Below are positions 39,044 through 53,101 of a stretch of DNA of 64,000 nt, in pieces. A program made the position numbers and the translations under genes. The stretch spans positions 23,808,001-23,872,000 of the forward strand of contig NC_043001.1 of assembly GCF_006345805.1 (NCBI RefSeq), read 5' to 3'. Source of the DNA: Octopus sinensis. Its lineage: Eukaryota. The number at the start of each line of letters is the position of its first letter. Position 1 is the first letter of the stretch. The notes below the pieces were generated by a model. It ran no database searches. It was not told where the DNA came from and saw only the letters and a list, made by a program, of their open reading frames with translations.

Positions 39044-41246
39044 ATAATTTTTTAAGCTTTAACAAAAAACATCTGAAACAAAATCATAGAGACTGCCTTA
39101 ACCTCCTACACCCCGCCTAAAAAATCATAGAAATTTTAATTTCTAACATCATCAACTTTCACATTCCTGCTTCGAATTCGCAACAAACTGCTAGAAATCT
39201 GGCTCGAAACAAATTAATCAAAAAGTAATCATTACCAAAACTGCCATCTCCCTTCTTAGTAACAGCACAAACGAATATTGCCTACCGTCACGCTCAATAA
39301 TACAAGCAAACAAAATACTAAAAAGCTTAAAATGTTAGAAATAGCGTTGCACACAGACATAAAAGACAGAGTGAAGAAAGTAAAGCGTACATTTAAAACT
39401 AGATCATTCATAGGTTTTATTCTAAGAACACTATCCCCCCCCCGCTCTGTCAAGAGAAATAAAGATAAGTAAAACAGTACGTATAAAATAATTCCTTCTA
39501 CTATTAGCACAAGGCCTGGAATTTCGAGGGGAAGAATTTAGTTGATTAAATTGATCCAAGCATTCGACTAGTATTTATTTTATCGACTCCAAAAACGATG
39601 AAAAGTAAAGCCGACCACGGAAGTATTTGAACTCAGAACGTAATGAGCTTTTTGTCAGGATTGCTAACGATTCCGCCAACACGCTGCCTTACGGTTTTTT
39701 AGTACTTAAACAATAATGATAGTAACACAAACAATCTCATTGTCTCCAAACACTACTGAAATGCACCAGGAATTTGTGCGGAGAAGTAATTATCATGCTT
39801 CGATCCGGTTCACTGGCTTTCGTCTCTACCAACCCTGAAACTTCTGCACAATCGATTGATCTTTCAGAAATATTAACCAAACGTTCCCTCATACAAACCT
39901 GTATTGACTTAAAATGGAAGAATACACTGGATAATGTAGTTCTTGATATAACATGCCAAAATCTACAACAGGATGGACATGGCTAGAACTCATAGATATA
40001 TACCGACTACAAAAGACACCAAAAACTTACATTATAAATTCAAGATCGCAACAAAATATAACAAGAAAAGTTGGGTGTAAGTTAATTATCTTCATTTTCC
40101 CATTCATAGCTCTGCAGTATATTCAAGCAGCAAATGTAAGCATACGCACCTCATACGTAACATACACATCATCAACCAAAATAACCGATGTACATCACAT
40201 AACCACAACACAACTATCTACACCCACTGCAATACAAAACTAACGACATAAAATACACGCCTTTATGAGATTAAAAATCACAAAGAACATCCATGCTGCT
40301 ATTATATAAACTCAGATTAGGTTCTCTTAAATCTTAAATTACATCTTTGTTAGGGAGAACAGAACAACCCATGAACGAGGTCTTATAATGTACATAAAAG
40401 CATGCATCTACTGCAGAGATACCACTGACGATAATCGATCATTAAAAGCACACGATGCACTAGAAATGCAAGGATTCAAAATAAAAGCGAATGATAAGCA
40501 ACACATTAGTGTAATAAACATCTGCATGCAGTCCATCAGCCGTCTCACCAGGTTACACAACCTAACTATTATAGATAAACACGTCTTCATTTCGCAGATG
40601 CCCTACAAAAGCACAAGCTGTGTTGTAATAGTAACGCAACTGAATCCCCTTAGCATCTTGAATAACCCCTGCCAACACACGTACCTCATAAAGGTAACAA
40701 CTACACCTCCTGTCCAAACATTACCTTCTGTTTTAGATATCTAGCTAGCTATCATAAATAACTTTATAACAAGCAGTCCTATAAATCTCTAACCACCTAT
40801 CTATCATCATCACAATACGCTCTTATATCTCTGAGCTAAATAAAAAAACCGTTCGCAAGCTTCAAAACACAGACCGGTGGATTCATTACCACCAAAAAAC
40901 AATGAAGATTCGTATAATCGCGGAACCAAACATCTCGATCGTCAACATAAACACTGCGGTTCAACGTAATAATTATAAACGATTCTAAAACCCATATCCT
41001 ATTAGGCAATACAAAAAAATTCTATTGCCCAATTAAGCCACCAAAGCGGTCAACATGATGAAAACTTGAGATAACCTCAAATACAATATACCCAATATAT
41101 CATTCTACAGATATAAATCTCAACATCAAACAACTAAGCAATATATATATATATATAACCCATAGTAGAACAGAAAACTATGACAAGTAACGAGACACGT
41201 CATGAAACACTATGCAGAGTAATAGAAAGTATCAATATCTCTTACA

Positions 41247-41663
41247 AAGGCGGCGAGCTGGCAGAAACGTTAGCGCGCCGGGCGAAATGCTTGGCGGTAT
41301 TTCGTCTGCCGTTACGTTCTGAGTTCAAATTCTGCCGAGGTCCACTTTGCCTTTCATCCTTTCGGGGTCGATAAATTAAGTGCCAGTTACGCACTGGGGT
41401 CGATATAATCGACTTAATCCCTTTGTCTGTCCTTGTTCGACCCCTCTATGTTTAGTCCCTTGTGGGCAATAAAGAAGTAGGTATTTCGTCTGCCGTTTAC
41501 GTTCTGAGTTCAAATTCCGCCGAGGTCGACTTTACCTTTCATCATTTCGGGGTCGATAAATTAAGGACCAGTTACGCACTGGGGTCGATATAATCGACTT
41601 AATCCCTTTGTCTGTCCTTGTTTGTCCCCTCCGTGTTTAGCCCCTTGTGGGCAATAAAAAAAT
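41247..41663 (+). mobile_element. SINE family A dimer with TSD
   Basis: About 20-bp TSD aagtatcaatatctcttaca. Confidence 0.9.
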
Positions 41664-42350
41664 AAGTATCAATATCTCTTACAGTAGCCACACCACATCG
41701 CAGGTGAGAGTAACAATTTCCGATAATGTATCCACACTCAAACAGAAAACAAACATTGTTTTCGAATATCAGCCACCAAAAATAACTTATGGAGAAGAGG
41801 AATAAAAAGCGTAAAATACATATCTTCAAACATAAGCTGTAATCGCAGATTTCTATCTATGCGAGATGCAAGAAAAGCGGATGAAAAATCCACATCTTCA
41901 AAAGCCTTAATCTGAAAAATTTCAAGCGTACAACTAAAATATTTTGAGCTCGAAGGAGTTATTGTACTCACTAATATCTACAACGCTGCCTAAATCCCCA
42001 TTATTAGGAAAGTGGTAACATTTATCGCAATTCTGAAGCATCCTTATAAAAAACAACACAAAAACAGCAAAACAAAAAAAAACAAAAAACAAGAGAAATG
42101 ATATCACACAGATCCACAAACTTCGTATACACATCTTTAAACATTTTGGGGAAAAGTTCTCGATACCTATTCATACCTTATGCATTCCAATCTTCAAATC
42201 ATAACATGGACTCGGGCACTACACTAAACCATTGTACAACTCACAAAACTCGCACAAAATACCATGACGGTTTCAACGGTATAAACTACGATGTGTTAGG
42301 AGAGGCAATTATAACTGCAATTTTAGTATATCGTTACTATAAATCTGTGA

Positions 42351-42722
42351 AGGCGCAATGGCCCAGTGGTTAGGGCAGCGGACTCGCGGTCATAGGATCG
42401 CGGTTTCGATTCCCAGACCGGGCGTTGTGAGTGTTTATTGAGCGAAAACACCTAAAAGTTCCACGAGGCTCCGGGATGGTGGTGATCCCTGCTGTACTCT
42501 TTCACCACAACTTTCTCTCACTCTTACTTCCTGTTTCTGTTGTACCTGTATTTCAAAGGGCCGGCCTTGTCACTCTCTATGTCCCGCTGAATATCCCCGA
42601 GAACTACGTTAAGGGTACACGTGTCTGTGGAGTGCTCAGCCACTTACACGTTAATTTCACGAGCAGGCTGTTCCGTTGATTCGGATCAACCGGAACCCTC
42701 GTCGTCGTAACCGACGGAGTGC
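42351..42722 (+). mobile_element. tRNA-derived SINE family C
   Basis: A-box tggcccagtgg, B-box ggtttcgattccc, TSD actataaatct. Near-identical to the copies at 50533 and 58289. Confidence 0.9.
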
Positions 42723-42869
42723 TCTCTAAACTATAAATCTAATAAACTGAACTGTCCAACAACTTTTGTTGTTCCAGATTGAAGGTGATGGATGTAACAG
42801 CACTTTGAATACACTCTGCTAAACACTGCTTGTCACACCTGACTAGTTTACAGAATGCAGTTGGAACGC

Positions 42870-43490
42870 AAAGACAATTTTAGAAACTCGGTATACAATA
42901 AAGTTTACTGTTAAACTGGGTAAAAACGCTGCAGATACTTATGAAATGTTCCAGAACTGCTTATGGATTAACTCGTATGAGCTGAGCATCTGTTTTACGC
43001 TGGTTCAAAAGACCAGGCACTACAAGTCACGATGATCCCTTTTTCAACTGCAAGGGTATCATCTACATCCACTAAGTTTATCTGGCCCGTTGGTCTACAA
43101 AGACTAATTCTTGGAGATTTTGAGGTAGTTCAGGGAGAGATTTCGTCGCAAAAGGTCTGAGTACATGCACCAGTTCACAATTCCATCCTGGTAACCAACT
43201 ACTTGACAGAGATAAGCATCAAAACTGTCCCTTACTCTCCCTAAAGATAAGACCTTGATCCCTGTTGTTTCTCTAAGTTGCAAGAGAAGACGAAGGCGGC
43301 TGTGACAAGGGTCCTGGATACTTTCATTTTGGAGGATTTCTATGGGGCTTTCGCGAAATGACTGGAGCGCTACAAAAATTGCATTGAAGCCAGAGTAGCC
43401 TATTTTGAAGGAGATTTGAGTTTTATATTTACTTGAAATAATAAATGTCTCTCCTGAAAATGTTTCAGAACTTCTGGAATGCACCTTGTA
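42870..43490 (+). pseudogene. deleted mariner remnant with 3' TIR-like end
   Basis: ETRYTIKFTVKLGKNAADTYEMF..ASVLRWFK and LERYKNCIEARVAYFEG; ends gaacttctggaatgcaccttgta. Confidence 0.8.
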
Positions 43491-43626
43491 AATTAACCTA
43501 CGTGCATCATTGACACCTGGCAAAATTTCGTCTCCATCTTTCATCACTCATACAAAATACTCAGCATAGTTAATTAAAAAAGAAGCAATACAAAATCCTG
43601 ACCAGCAAATTAGATTACCATACTTT

Positions 43627-43726
43627 GGCACTTTGGGCAAGTGTCTTCTACTATAGCCTCGGGCCGACCAAAGCTTTGTGAGTGGATTTGGTAGACGGAA
43701 ACTGAAAGAAGCCCGTTGTATATATG

Positions 43727-43798
<72 letters not shown>

Positions 43799-44015
43799 AG
43801 TGTGTGTGTTTGTGTTTGTGTTTGTCCCCGCCAACATCACTTGACAACCGATGCTGGTGTGTTTACGTCCCCGTAACTTAGAGGTTCGGCAAAAGACCGA
43901 TAGAATAAGTACTAGGCTTACGAAGAATAAGTCCTGGGGTCGATTTGCTCGACTAAAGGCGGTGCTCCAGCATGGCCGCAGTCAAATGACTGAAACATGT
44001 AAAAGAGTAAGGAGA
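43627..44015 (+). mobile_element. SINE family B, 5'-truncated
   Basis: Consensus match from ggcactttgggcaagtg onward. Confidence 0.85.
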
Positions 44016-45214
44016 GTATACGTATGCAGTATTCAGCAATAATACATGTAGAATTTACAAATTCCTAAATGGTGTACTACAAAGATATATCCTGTCGCCT
44101 ACACTTTTTAGCCTGTATCCATACGATCTTTCCACCACATCCTCAAAGCACATGCCCAGCCTTATACGCAGATGTGACAGGGTCCCACATTTGTAATATA
44201 GTGACTTGTGAACTTAGGTCGACTGAATTTATCACAAAAAAATTCATGGATAAAACTTCCTATAACGGGATTCAAAACATGAAAAAAAAAAAAAAAATTC
44301 GCAAAGGATCCAATAAGATCATTCAACTGAATGAGTGAAATTATCTTCCTTGCTTGTTATTTTTAGGCTTTAGGTCGACTTAGAGGGAGTTTCTGTTTTC
44401 CAATGGCGTGGATAAGCTCATCTGATTGAAGTTTTTCTAACTCACTGTATTACATATGGACACCCTGCAGAACACTCACGAGGTAATTACCTTCAACCAT
44501 ATTATAGGTAAATGGCACAACATTTGTATCATCCTACTGCTTCCAGACACAGCTGCATATATTCTCTAAACGTACACCAACCACCAAGAAACCTAGCTCT
44601 AAAACAACAGACATACAGTAGCAAATGCCAAATTTCACTGTCTCTCTTTTCCTCTCAGCCACACCAGAAAACATTAATTACTACCAGCATCCAACATAAA
44701 CTTTCGACACACAGAAACTACAAAAATACTCGAAGTTACAGAAAACACACGTATAACATTCACAGCACATGTAGAAGACATTAGAAAGAAAAGGAAAATG
44801 GTGCACAAACACAGAGTAATTACAGTCGCTGTATATTGCCAAGGCACGCATAAAAAGACAAAACAGTAATATTAATGAACAAAAATGCATTTGATCGATC
44901 TCAAACGTGTCAGTGCTATTTAAGCTCCACTCCTCTATTTCTTCACGAAAACGCGTAACAAACTACAAAGAACACAAAACACTGCACTTCACAACAAATA
45001 AAGCTAAAAATAATAGCACAGATAAAGCAATAAATAATAGCACAGATAAAGCTATAAATAATAGCATGTAAATACTGGGTAAAGAAAAAACCCTTTGGAT
45101 AGAGACGGTAGGAAGCTGACATAGGACACGAACCCACACTTTCTGCGAACGTGAAAGACGTTCTATTTCTGGACCAAAATCATCTTTCGAAATTCTTCTA
45201 CGAAATTCTTCTAT

Positions 45215-45618
45215 AGGCGTAGGAGTGGCTGTGTAGTAAGTAGCTTGCTTATGAACCACATGGTTCCGGGTTCAGTTCCACTGTATGGCACCTTGGGCAT
45301 GTGTGTTCTATCATAGCCTCGGGCCGATCAGAGCCTTGTGAGTGGATTTGGTAGACGGAAACTGAAAGATGTCCGTCGTATACATGTATATATATATATA
45401 TGTGTGTGTGTGTGAGTGTATATGTTTGTGCGTCTGTGTTTGTCCCCCCAACATCGCTTAACAACCGATGCTGGTGTGTTTACGTCCTCGTAACTTAGCG
45501 GTTTGGCAAAAGAGACCGATATAATAAGTACTAGTCGATTTGATCGACTAAAGGTGGTGCCCCAGCATGGCCACAGTCAATTAACTGAAACAAATAAAAG
45601 AGTAAAAGAATAAAAGAG
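45215..45618 (+). mobile_element. SINE family B
   Basis: Consensus match. Confidence 0.85.
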
Positions 45619-45857
45619 TCATTAAAATTCAGAAAATTCAAAGGGCTTGAAATGATTCGTTTTTCGCGGTTGAACACGAATAATAAAATGAAAATATGGT
45701 GAAGCCAGCGAGTGTTTCTATCTAAAGAGGGGTTTTAACTCAATATTTACACGCTATTATGAATTTTAATTTCAACCGTTAAAAACGAATTAGTTCATGC
45801 CTTGAGAATTTTTCTAAATTCTTATGTAAAAAAAATGGGAAATCTGAACATTCCTGT

Positions 45858-46020
45858 AGGTGCAGGCGTGGCTATGTGGTAAGAAGCTTGCTTCCCAACC
45901 ACATGGTTCAGGGTTCAGTCCCACTGCATGGTACCTTGGGCAAGTGTCTTCTACTATAGCCTCGAGCCGACCAAAGCCTTGTGAGTAGATTTGGTGAACG
46001 GAAACTGGAAGAAGCCCGTC

Positions 46021-46073
<53 letters not shown>

Positions 46074-46084
46074 ATATATTATAT

Positions 46085-46162
<78 letters not shown>

Positions 46163-46430
46163 TCAATATAGGGTGGCAAAAAATTTCGTAGAATTTATTT
46201 GCCACCAGCGGCCTAGTGGGAAAAAATTTGAACTTACATATATATATATATATATATATATATGCATATATAGTTACGTGTGTGTGTCTTTGTGTCTATG
46301 TTTGACTCCCGCCATCGCTTGACAACTGATGCTGGTGTGTTATGTCCCCGAAACTTAGCGGTTCGGCAAAGGTGTTCGATAGAATAAATACTAAATTCAC
46401 AAATGGCCACAGTCAAATGACTGAAACTTG
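45858..46430 (+). mobile_element. SINE family B with expanded, interrupted (TA)n
   Basis: Head 45858-46022, TA tract with an insert of about 75 bp, tail to about 46430. Confidence 0.8.
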
Positions 46431-46870
46431 AAATTGCAGAGTATTCCTAGCTAAGAGTTTGTAAATGTAACAACCTTCAGAACATCTTAATCCTTTTTTG
46501 TTATGTATGAAAAACCAGATCTTTTCCGTTATTGTTACAGATTCGAAAAATTTAAAATTAAATGGAAGTTTTAAAATTTGCTGTATACTGAATCCGAATC
46601 TGGGATCCATTTTATTTTATTCAGGAAAGAAAAATTAGAAAAATGATACAGAGGTTCGAAGGTTGATAATTTTTAGCTAATCAGTAAACAAGAACCGAAA
46701 CCGGCTGTCTGTCACAAAATGATCCTCGTCAAAACCTCTGGTGACGGTTGTAGTGGAGAAAGTGTCGCAGGTGCGTCCGCACAGCGTCCTCGTTACAATG
46801 GGAAAAGAGCAGTTATGAAAGCATAACAATGTGAGATTTATGGTCATGTGCATAATAGTGGCTTTCGATT

Positions 46871-47505
46871 GGCCTGAAATTTTGGGGGAGGAGGATAGTC
46901 GATTACATCGACCCCAGTATTTCACTGGTATTTAATTTATCGACCCCGAAAGGATGAAATGCAAAGTGGACCTTGGCGGAATTTGAACTCAGAACGTGCT
47001 AATGATTCTGTCAGTTCACCGCGTTAATAATGATAATAATAATGATAATAATAATCCTTTCTACTATAGGCACAAAGCCTGAAATTTTGGGGGAGGAGGA
47101 GAGTCGATTACTTCGACTCCAGTGCGTAACTGGTACTTATTTAATCGATTCCGAAAGGATGGAAGACAAAGTCGACCTCGGCGGAATTTGAACTCAGAAC
47201 GTAAAGACGGACGAAATGCCACTAAGCATTTCGCCCGGCATGCTAACGATTGTGCCAGCTCACCGCCTTAATGATAATAATAATTCTTTCTACTTGGAAG
47301 CACAAGGCCTCAAATTTGGGGGAAGGGATTAAGTCTATTACATCGACCCCAGTGCATAACTGGTACTTATTTAATCGTTCCCGGAAGAATGAAAAGCAAA
47401 GTTGACCTCTGCAGAATTTGAACTCAGAATTTGAACGTAGCGACGGCCGAAATACGGATAAGCATTTCGCCCGGTGTGCTAACGATTCTGCCAGCTCGCC
47501 ACCTT
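46871..47505 (-). mobile_element. three tandem family A-related SINE copies with (TAA)n spacers
   Basis: The core atcgaccccgaaaggatgaaa..gaatttgaactcagaac occurs three times. Confidence 0.8.
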
Positions 47506-47531
47506 ACTACTACTACTACTACTACTACTAG

Positions 47532-47597
<66 letters not shown>

Positions 47598-47619
47598 TAA
47601 TAATAATAATAATAAAGAT

Positions 47620-47900
47620 TCGACGATGAAAGATAAAAAAGAAAATGAATGGATGGAGAAATGCCAGCAACTAAAAAACTAAATAGGGAGGTTTTGTAGA
47701 TATGAAGAAAGTAAATGTGGTACCAGTAGTAATTGGAGCTTTGGGAACAGTCTGTAAGAGGTTGGAAAAGCACATCGAGAATATTGGAGTTACTATCACG
47801 TTTGAAGAGATTCAGAAAACATTGTTATTAGGTACAACTCATATCCTAAGGAAAGTCTTGTCTCTTTATGAGGCAGGAGAAAGCCTTACTTGAAACTTTA
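47620..47900 (+). pseudogene. Dong/R4-like RLE non-LTR retrotransposon C-terminal fragment
   Basis: MKKVNVVPVVIGALGTVCKRLEKHIENIG..IQKTLLLGTTHILRKVL, directly after a (TAA)n tract. Confidence 0.8.
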
Positions 47901-48346
47901 GGTCATTGGTTATCACCTGTGTTCAAGTAAAGACAAACAGGGAAATAAGATCTACCCGAGTGTCAGAGAAATAATCATAGAAATCGATGACGAAGGTCAC
48001 TCTGTCTTTAAAGTAGAATTATCGACGTCTCATGATGCTGCCCATGTCAACGAGAGAACTCGATCTGCTCGATACAGCACCCAAACGTCTTTCAAATTGT
48101 TTCTTAGGTCTTGAAAACAGACTAAGTACGCAATGCAGAGAGAAGGACGGATGATCATGGCTAGAACGTGTTAGTTGCTATATCAAATGCTTATGGTGGG
48201 TCTTGCACGGGAAATAATTGATGACATATATTCTCATCCAAAAATAGAAACGAGTGCCAAGACTTTCATGTGCCACGCTTGAACATTTATGAAAATCTTT
48301 TCACATGAAACCATTGGTTGCCCTACTCATCCTCACTGTTCGATAC

Positions 48347-48406
<60 letters not shown>

Positions 48407-48413
48407 TATATAT

Positions 48414-48622
48414 ATACATGTGCATATTTAGCGATAACCACAAGGTGGATAACCAATATGCTAGAAGAAGATCAGATACGATCTAACTACAAAGAAAAAG
48501 AAAAGATTGTTCTCTAGAGAAATTCAGTAGAACATTCTTTTCTTTGTAGTTAGATCGTATGTGATCTTCTTCTAGCATATTGGTTATCCACCTAGTGGTT
48601 ATCCCTAAATAAACACATGTAT
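48414..48622. repeat. about 100-bp fold-back inverted repeat in a TA-flanked insertion
   Basis: Arms 48414-48513 and 48529-48622; the insertion runs to about 48728 between (TA)n tracts. Confidence 0.85.
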
Positions 48623-48726
48623 TGAAATGTTTTCTGATTTTTCTGATTTTTTATATAGGCTAGGCTACTGGTTTTAAATTGAGATTAATTAAATTAATAT
48701 GCAATTTATCTCCCTCGCTATTTAAA

Positions 48727-48785
<59 letters not shown>

Positions 48786-50532
48786 ACGATGATGGTGAAT
48801 ATCCGAATTGCTACACCTCCAGACAACATGAAAATAGAATCTTCATAGGAGCCATAGAGACAACATTCTTTTGTAAGTGTGTAACCTGAACCTTCACCAG
48901 GTACATAACCAACACAATCGATGTGCGTTTCATCAGGATGGGCTGAATGGACGTCAACGTCAGTTAGATACACAAAGTAATCAACAAGAAGCTTTATGCT
49001 GACTTATCTCAGTTGATTAGCAAAATAGCAGGAAGACGATCACAGCTTGTCGAGGTTGAGACATCCCAGAGTGGCCGGTCAACCAAATCCTCATTTGTGA
49101 ACCGACTCACTGGACAATGACCCGTGGATATTCTCCAGAATCGTGGTCAAGAGTCTGAAGGAGAACAGTGCAGTGGACTTGAGGTGCTGGTGATGGAATG
49201 GGATGTGTGACGAGTCCATTGGTGTATTCGATACAAGTGCAGTTTGAAATCTCTAGATGTTGACAATGACGTTGTTCCAAACTTCATGTCTGGATTCGTT
49301 TGCATACATTCAAAGACGATAAAAAGACAAACAATAAGAATAAAACCATTATATTATTTCCTTCCGCATTTCTAAAAATTGTAATCAGGATCCATAAATT
49401 GAGTTTTATTATCTATTTCAGTATGATCATTATAATGTGAATTCCAAGTGTCAATGATCTATGCACCAAACTAAGTATATTTCATCTAAAAATAACACCG
49501 AATATTTTTTAGTTGTCATCGTGGCATCTCATTTGATTCTGACAATAGCGGGAGTTAAGGAAATATTTTCTTTTGGCGTAGAAATGTAGATACAGTGTTG
49601 TAAAAGTCCATATTTTTATAGAACATTTGCTATTTTGATGTATTATGATGTGTTTTGACTTGATTCCAACAGTCTGAAGCTGCAATTATTCACTTAAACT
49701 GTATTTAACGCTAGATTATATCAAATAACACACCAGCTTTTCTGTTACTTCAGAACGGTTCCAGATATCACAAGGTTACACTAGGGAGCAATGCAGCAGT
49801 CATTTTACAACACAAATTAATTCCCGGTTTCCCCGCTGAGTGATATGACATTGTTTTCACATAGCTTTTTTCCTTTGTTATTTTCTCTCCCAAAGAGTTT
49901 ATATTTGACAACATTCCAATTTCATTGATGTCAAGAAAACTAAATTGGTAAATTGGTGCAGTAGATATCTTGTAACCAATTGGAAAACAATTAAAGGTTT
50001 TAGCGAACGGTCGTAACGTATGACCAAAGTTTTCATTTACGACCGAAGTTATTTTCCCTTCACAGATACTATTAACATTTCGGGTAAAAGATAGGATATC
50101 ATAAATTCGCATTTACTTTTCTTTATATAAAAGAAAACAATCTGGTGTAACTAATTTTTTCTTCTTTAGTGCCGAACCAGTCTACAGAACATAGTACGAT
50201 AGAGTCGGTTATCAACGTTTTCGTAAACGGAGATATCTATTAACAGGTTATTAGCCATTTTGACTGTGAGAGAACAGAAAACGGGATTTGTAACATTCAC
50301 ACACACTTTTCTTAATGCATTCGCCGGTTAAGTAAAAGGAAATAGATATACATTTCGATAGTGAATTGCAGACTTTAGTTGTTGGGAGATTGCCTTTCAC
50401 TTTATAGCAGTGTTTCTCAAGGTGCAGCTCGCGGGGATTTGGGTTACTTCAGGAAAAAGCGTAAGTAAATAAATGGATAAAACTTGCTATAAAATTTAAG
50501 CTAAAACTATATTTGATATACTACATACGGAG

Positions 50533-50906
50533 AGGCGCAATGGCCCAGTGGTTAGGGCAGCGGACTCGCGGTCGTAGGATCGCGATTTCGATTCCCAGAC
50601 CGGGCGTTGTGAGTGTTTATTGAGCGAAAACACCTAAAGCTCCCCGAGGCTCCGACAGGGATGGTGGTGATCCCTGCTGTACTCTTTCACCACAACTTTC
50701 TCTCACTCTTACTTCCTGTTTCTGTTGTACCTGTATTTCAAAGGGCCGGCCTTGTCACTCTCTGTGTCACGCTGAATATCCCCGAGAACTACGTTAAGGG
50801 TACACGTGTCTGTGGAGTGCTCAGCCACTTACACGTTAATTTCACGAGCAGGCTGTTCCGTTGATCGGATCAACCGGAACCCTCGTCGTCGTAACCGACG
50901 GAGTGC
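50533..50906 (+). mobile_element. SINE family C
   Basis: Full-length consensus match. Confidence 0.9.
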
Positions 50907-50915
50907 TTCCATCCA

Positions 50916-50957
<42 letters not shown>

Positions 50958-51147
50958 TATATCGTTTATATTTTACTTGTTGCAGTCATTTAACTGCAGC
51001 CCTACTGGGGCACCGCTTTGACCGCTTTAGTCGAACATCTTGATCCCAGCACATATTTCATCGGTCAGTTTTCCCGACGAACCGCTAAGCTACAGAGACA
51101 TAAAAAAAAATCAACAATAGCTGTTAAGCAGTGGGGGAGACAACACG

Positions 51148-51180
<33 letters not shown>

Positions 51181-51606
51181 ACTCACGCGCGCACACGCAT
51201 GAACTGCCGCCGCTACCACACAGTTTCCGTCTACCAAATCTGCTAACATTGCTTTGGTTAGCCCGGGAAGGGGGGGGGGGCTGAAGTAGAAGACATTTGT
51301 CCAAGGTATTTGCACTGGGATTGGAAAGCTTCTTAACCACATATTGTATATTCTATATACTTTATTCATAGTCTGACGAATGTGTTTTCCTTTTCTTTTT
51401 TTTTTTTACATTTTATTGTTTTTGAAAACTTGAAGTGGAGCATAGGCCCAAAATATTAAGAAAGACAGTTTCACAACATTCTCATCGACTTGCTATATTT
51501 CTCATAGTTCTACTGCTATGTCATATAAACCACCCACACTTTTGTTATCTCTTTTACGAAGCATATTTGCTATGATAACTTCAACACTAAGGATTCACTT
51601 GATATA

Positions 51607-51715
51607 TCTTCTTCTTCTTCTTCGTCGTCGTCGTCATCATCATCACCATCATCACCATCATCATCATCGTCATCATCGTCGTCGTCGTCGTCAACTTCTT
51701 CATCGTCGTCTTCAT

Positions 51716-51761
<46 letters not shown>

Positions 51762-51801
51762 CAGCACCAGCACCAGCACCACCAGCACCACCAGCACCAC
51801 C

Positions 51802-51846
<45 letters not shown>

Positions 51847-51940
51847 GCTACTGCTGCTGCTGCTGCTTTTTCTTCATATCCACTTCCTCTCTTTTCTTCT
51901 CCTCCTCCTCCTTCTTCCACTCCTCCTTCCCCCCCCCACT
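51607..51940. repeat. compound trinucleotide microsatellite
   Basis: In-phase blocks (TCT)(CGT)(CAT)(CTA)(CCA/GCA)(CTA)(CTG)(CCT). Confidence 0.95.
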
Positions 51941-52082
51941 CCTCTGAACCACAAAGCTCTCCGTTTATCCCTGTGTCTCAACTTCTTCGAGGTTTTTTTT
52001 TTGTGTTTTTTTTTATAGCTAATCTATCGTTTTTTTAATAAGTGAAAAAAAAAAAAAAATAATAATTTCATTATCGATTCAT

Positions 52083-52113
<31 letters not shown>

Positions 52114-52640
52114 TTTTGCCAAATAATAATAAAATAATAATAAAATCTACTCATCCGGGTTTTGAACTTGGGGATGTTAAAAACACGATACATTTACTTC
52201 ACTTGCCACGTGATCTGCACAGATCGCTTAACGCTTTTTCGCGTTTGTCGTACGCTGTATGAGGCGAGGCATGACGAGTTTACTAGTAACGCAACGCAAC
52301 GCAACGCAACAGAAGCTGAAATACTGAATAGCCAGCATCTGTCTGTTGGTGGCTATATTTATCAGCATTTGACGTCAATGATGCCAATGGAGGGGGATTA
52401 ATTGTCTAGCACTCTGCTCAACTTCTAACACACACACACACACGCAGACATAAACGTGCATACACACGCATGCAGGTATGTAACGCAAACAACCACGAAC
52501 ACCTATGTGTGTGTATGTATGTATGTATGCATGTATGTATGAATGAATGTATGTGTGTATGTGTACGTGGATATGCGTGCATGCTTTGTACGTATGCATG
52601 TACTATGTATGCACAAATATATATATATATATATATAGAT

Positions 52641-52686
<46 letters not shown>

Positions 52687-53060
52687 TTATGTATAATATA
52701 TATATATATATATGTATGCTTGTACGTAAGCATACATTCAACATACATATGCACATATATGTATATATATATATATATACACCTACACACAAGTTAGTAA
52801 TATAATTTCTGCTTGTAAGATGTCTTATATCTAAATATGTGTGTGTGTGTATGTGAATGTTTGAGTGTGTGCGAGTGTGTATGTATATATCTATGTATTC
52901 ACACGCAAATGCACACACATAAACACATACATATGTGTATGTATAATAAAGGAAGGAATATGTGCGTGTGTGTGTGTATATATATACAAAATATATATCA
53001 TATATATATATGCTAGTATTTATATATATTTATTATATATATATATATATATATATGTGA

Positions 53061-53101
<41 letters not shown>

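Noticed and set aside
39880-41160. A/C-skewed stretch suggestive of an old LINE or PLE ORF
   Set aside because: No diagnostic motif could be read.
44996-45067. 24-bp x3 repeat (also short tandems near 16205, 17606, 37444 and 38540) as CRISPR-like arrays
   Set aside because: Contiguous tandem duplications with no unique spacers, no cas genes and a eukaryotic context.
48925-48945. Minus-strand ctgatgaaac
   Set aside because: No stem II between the core boxes.
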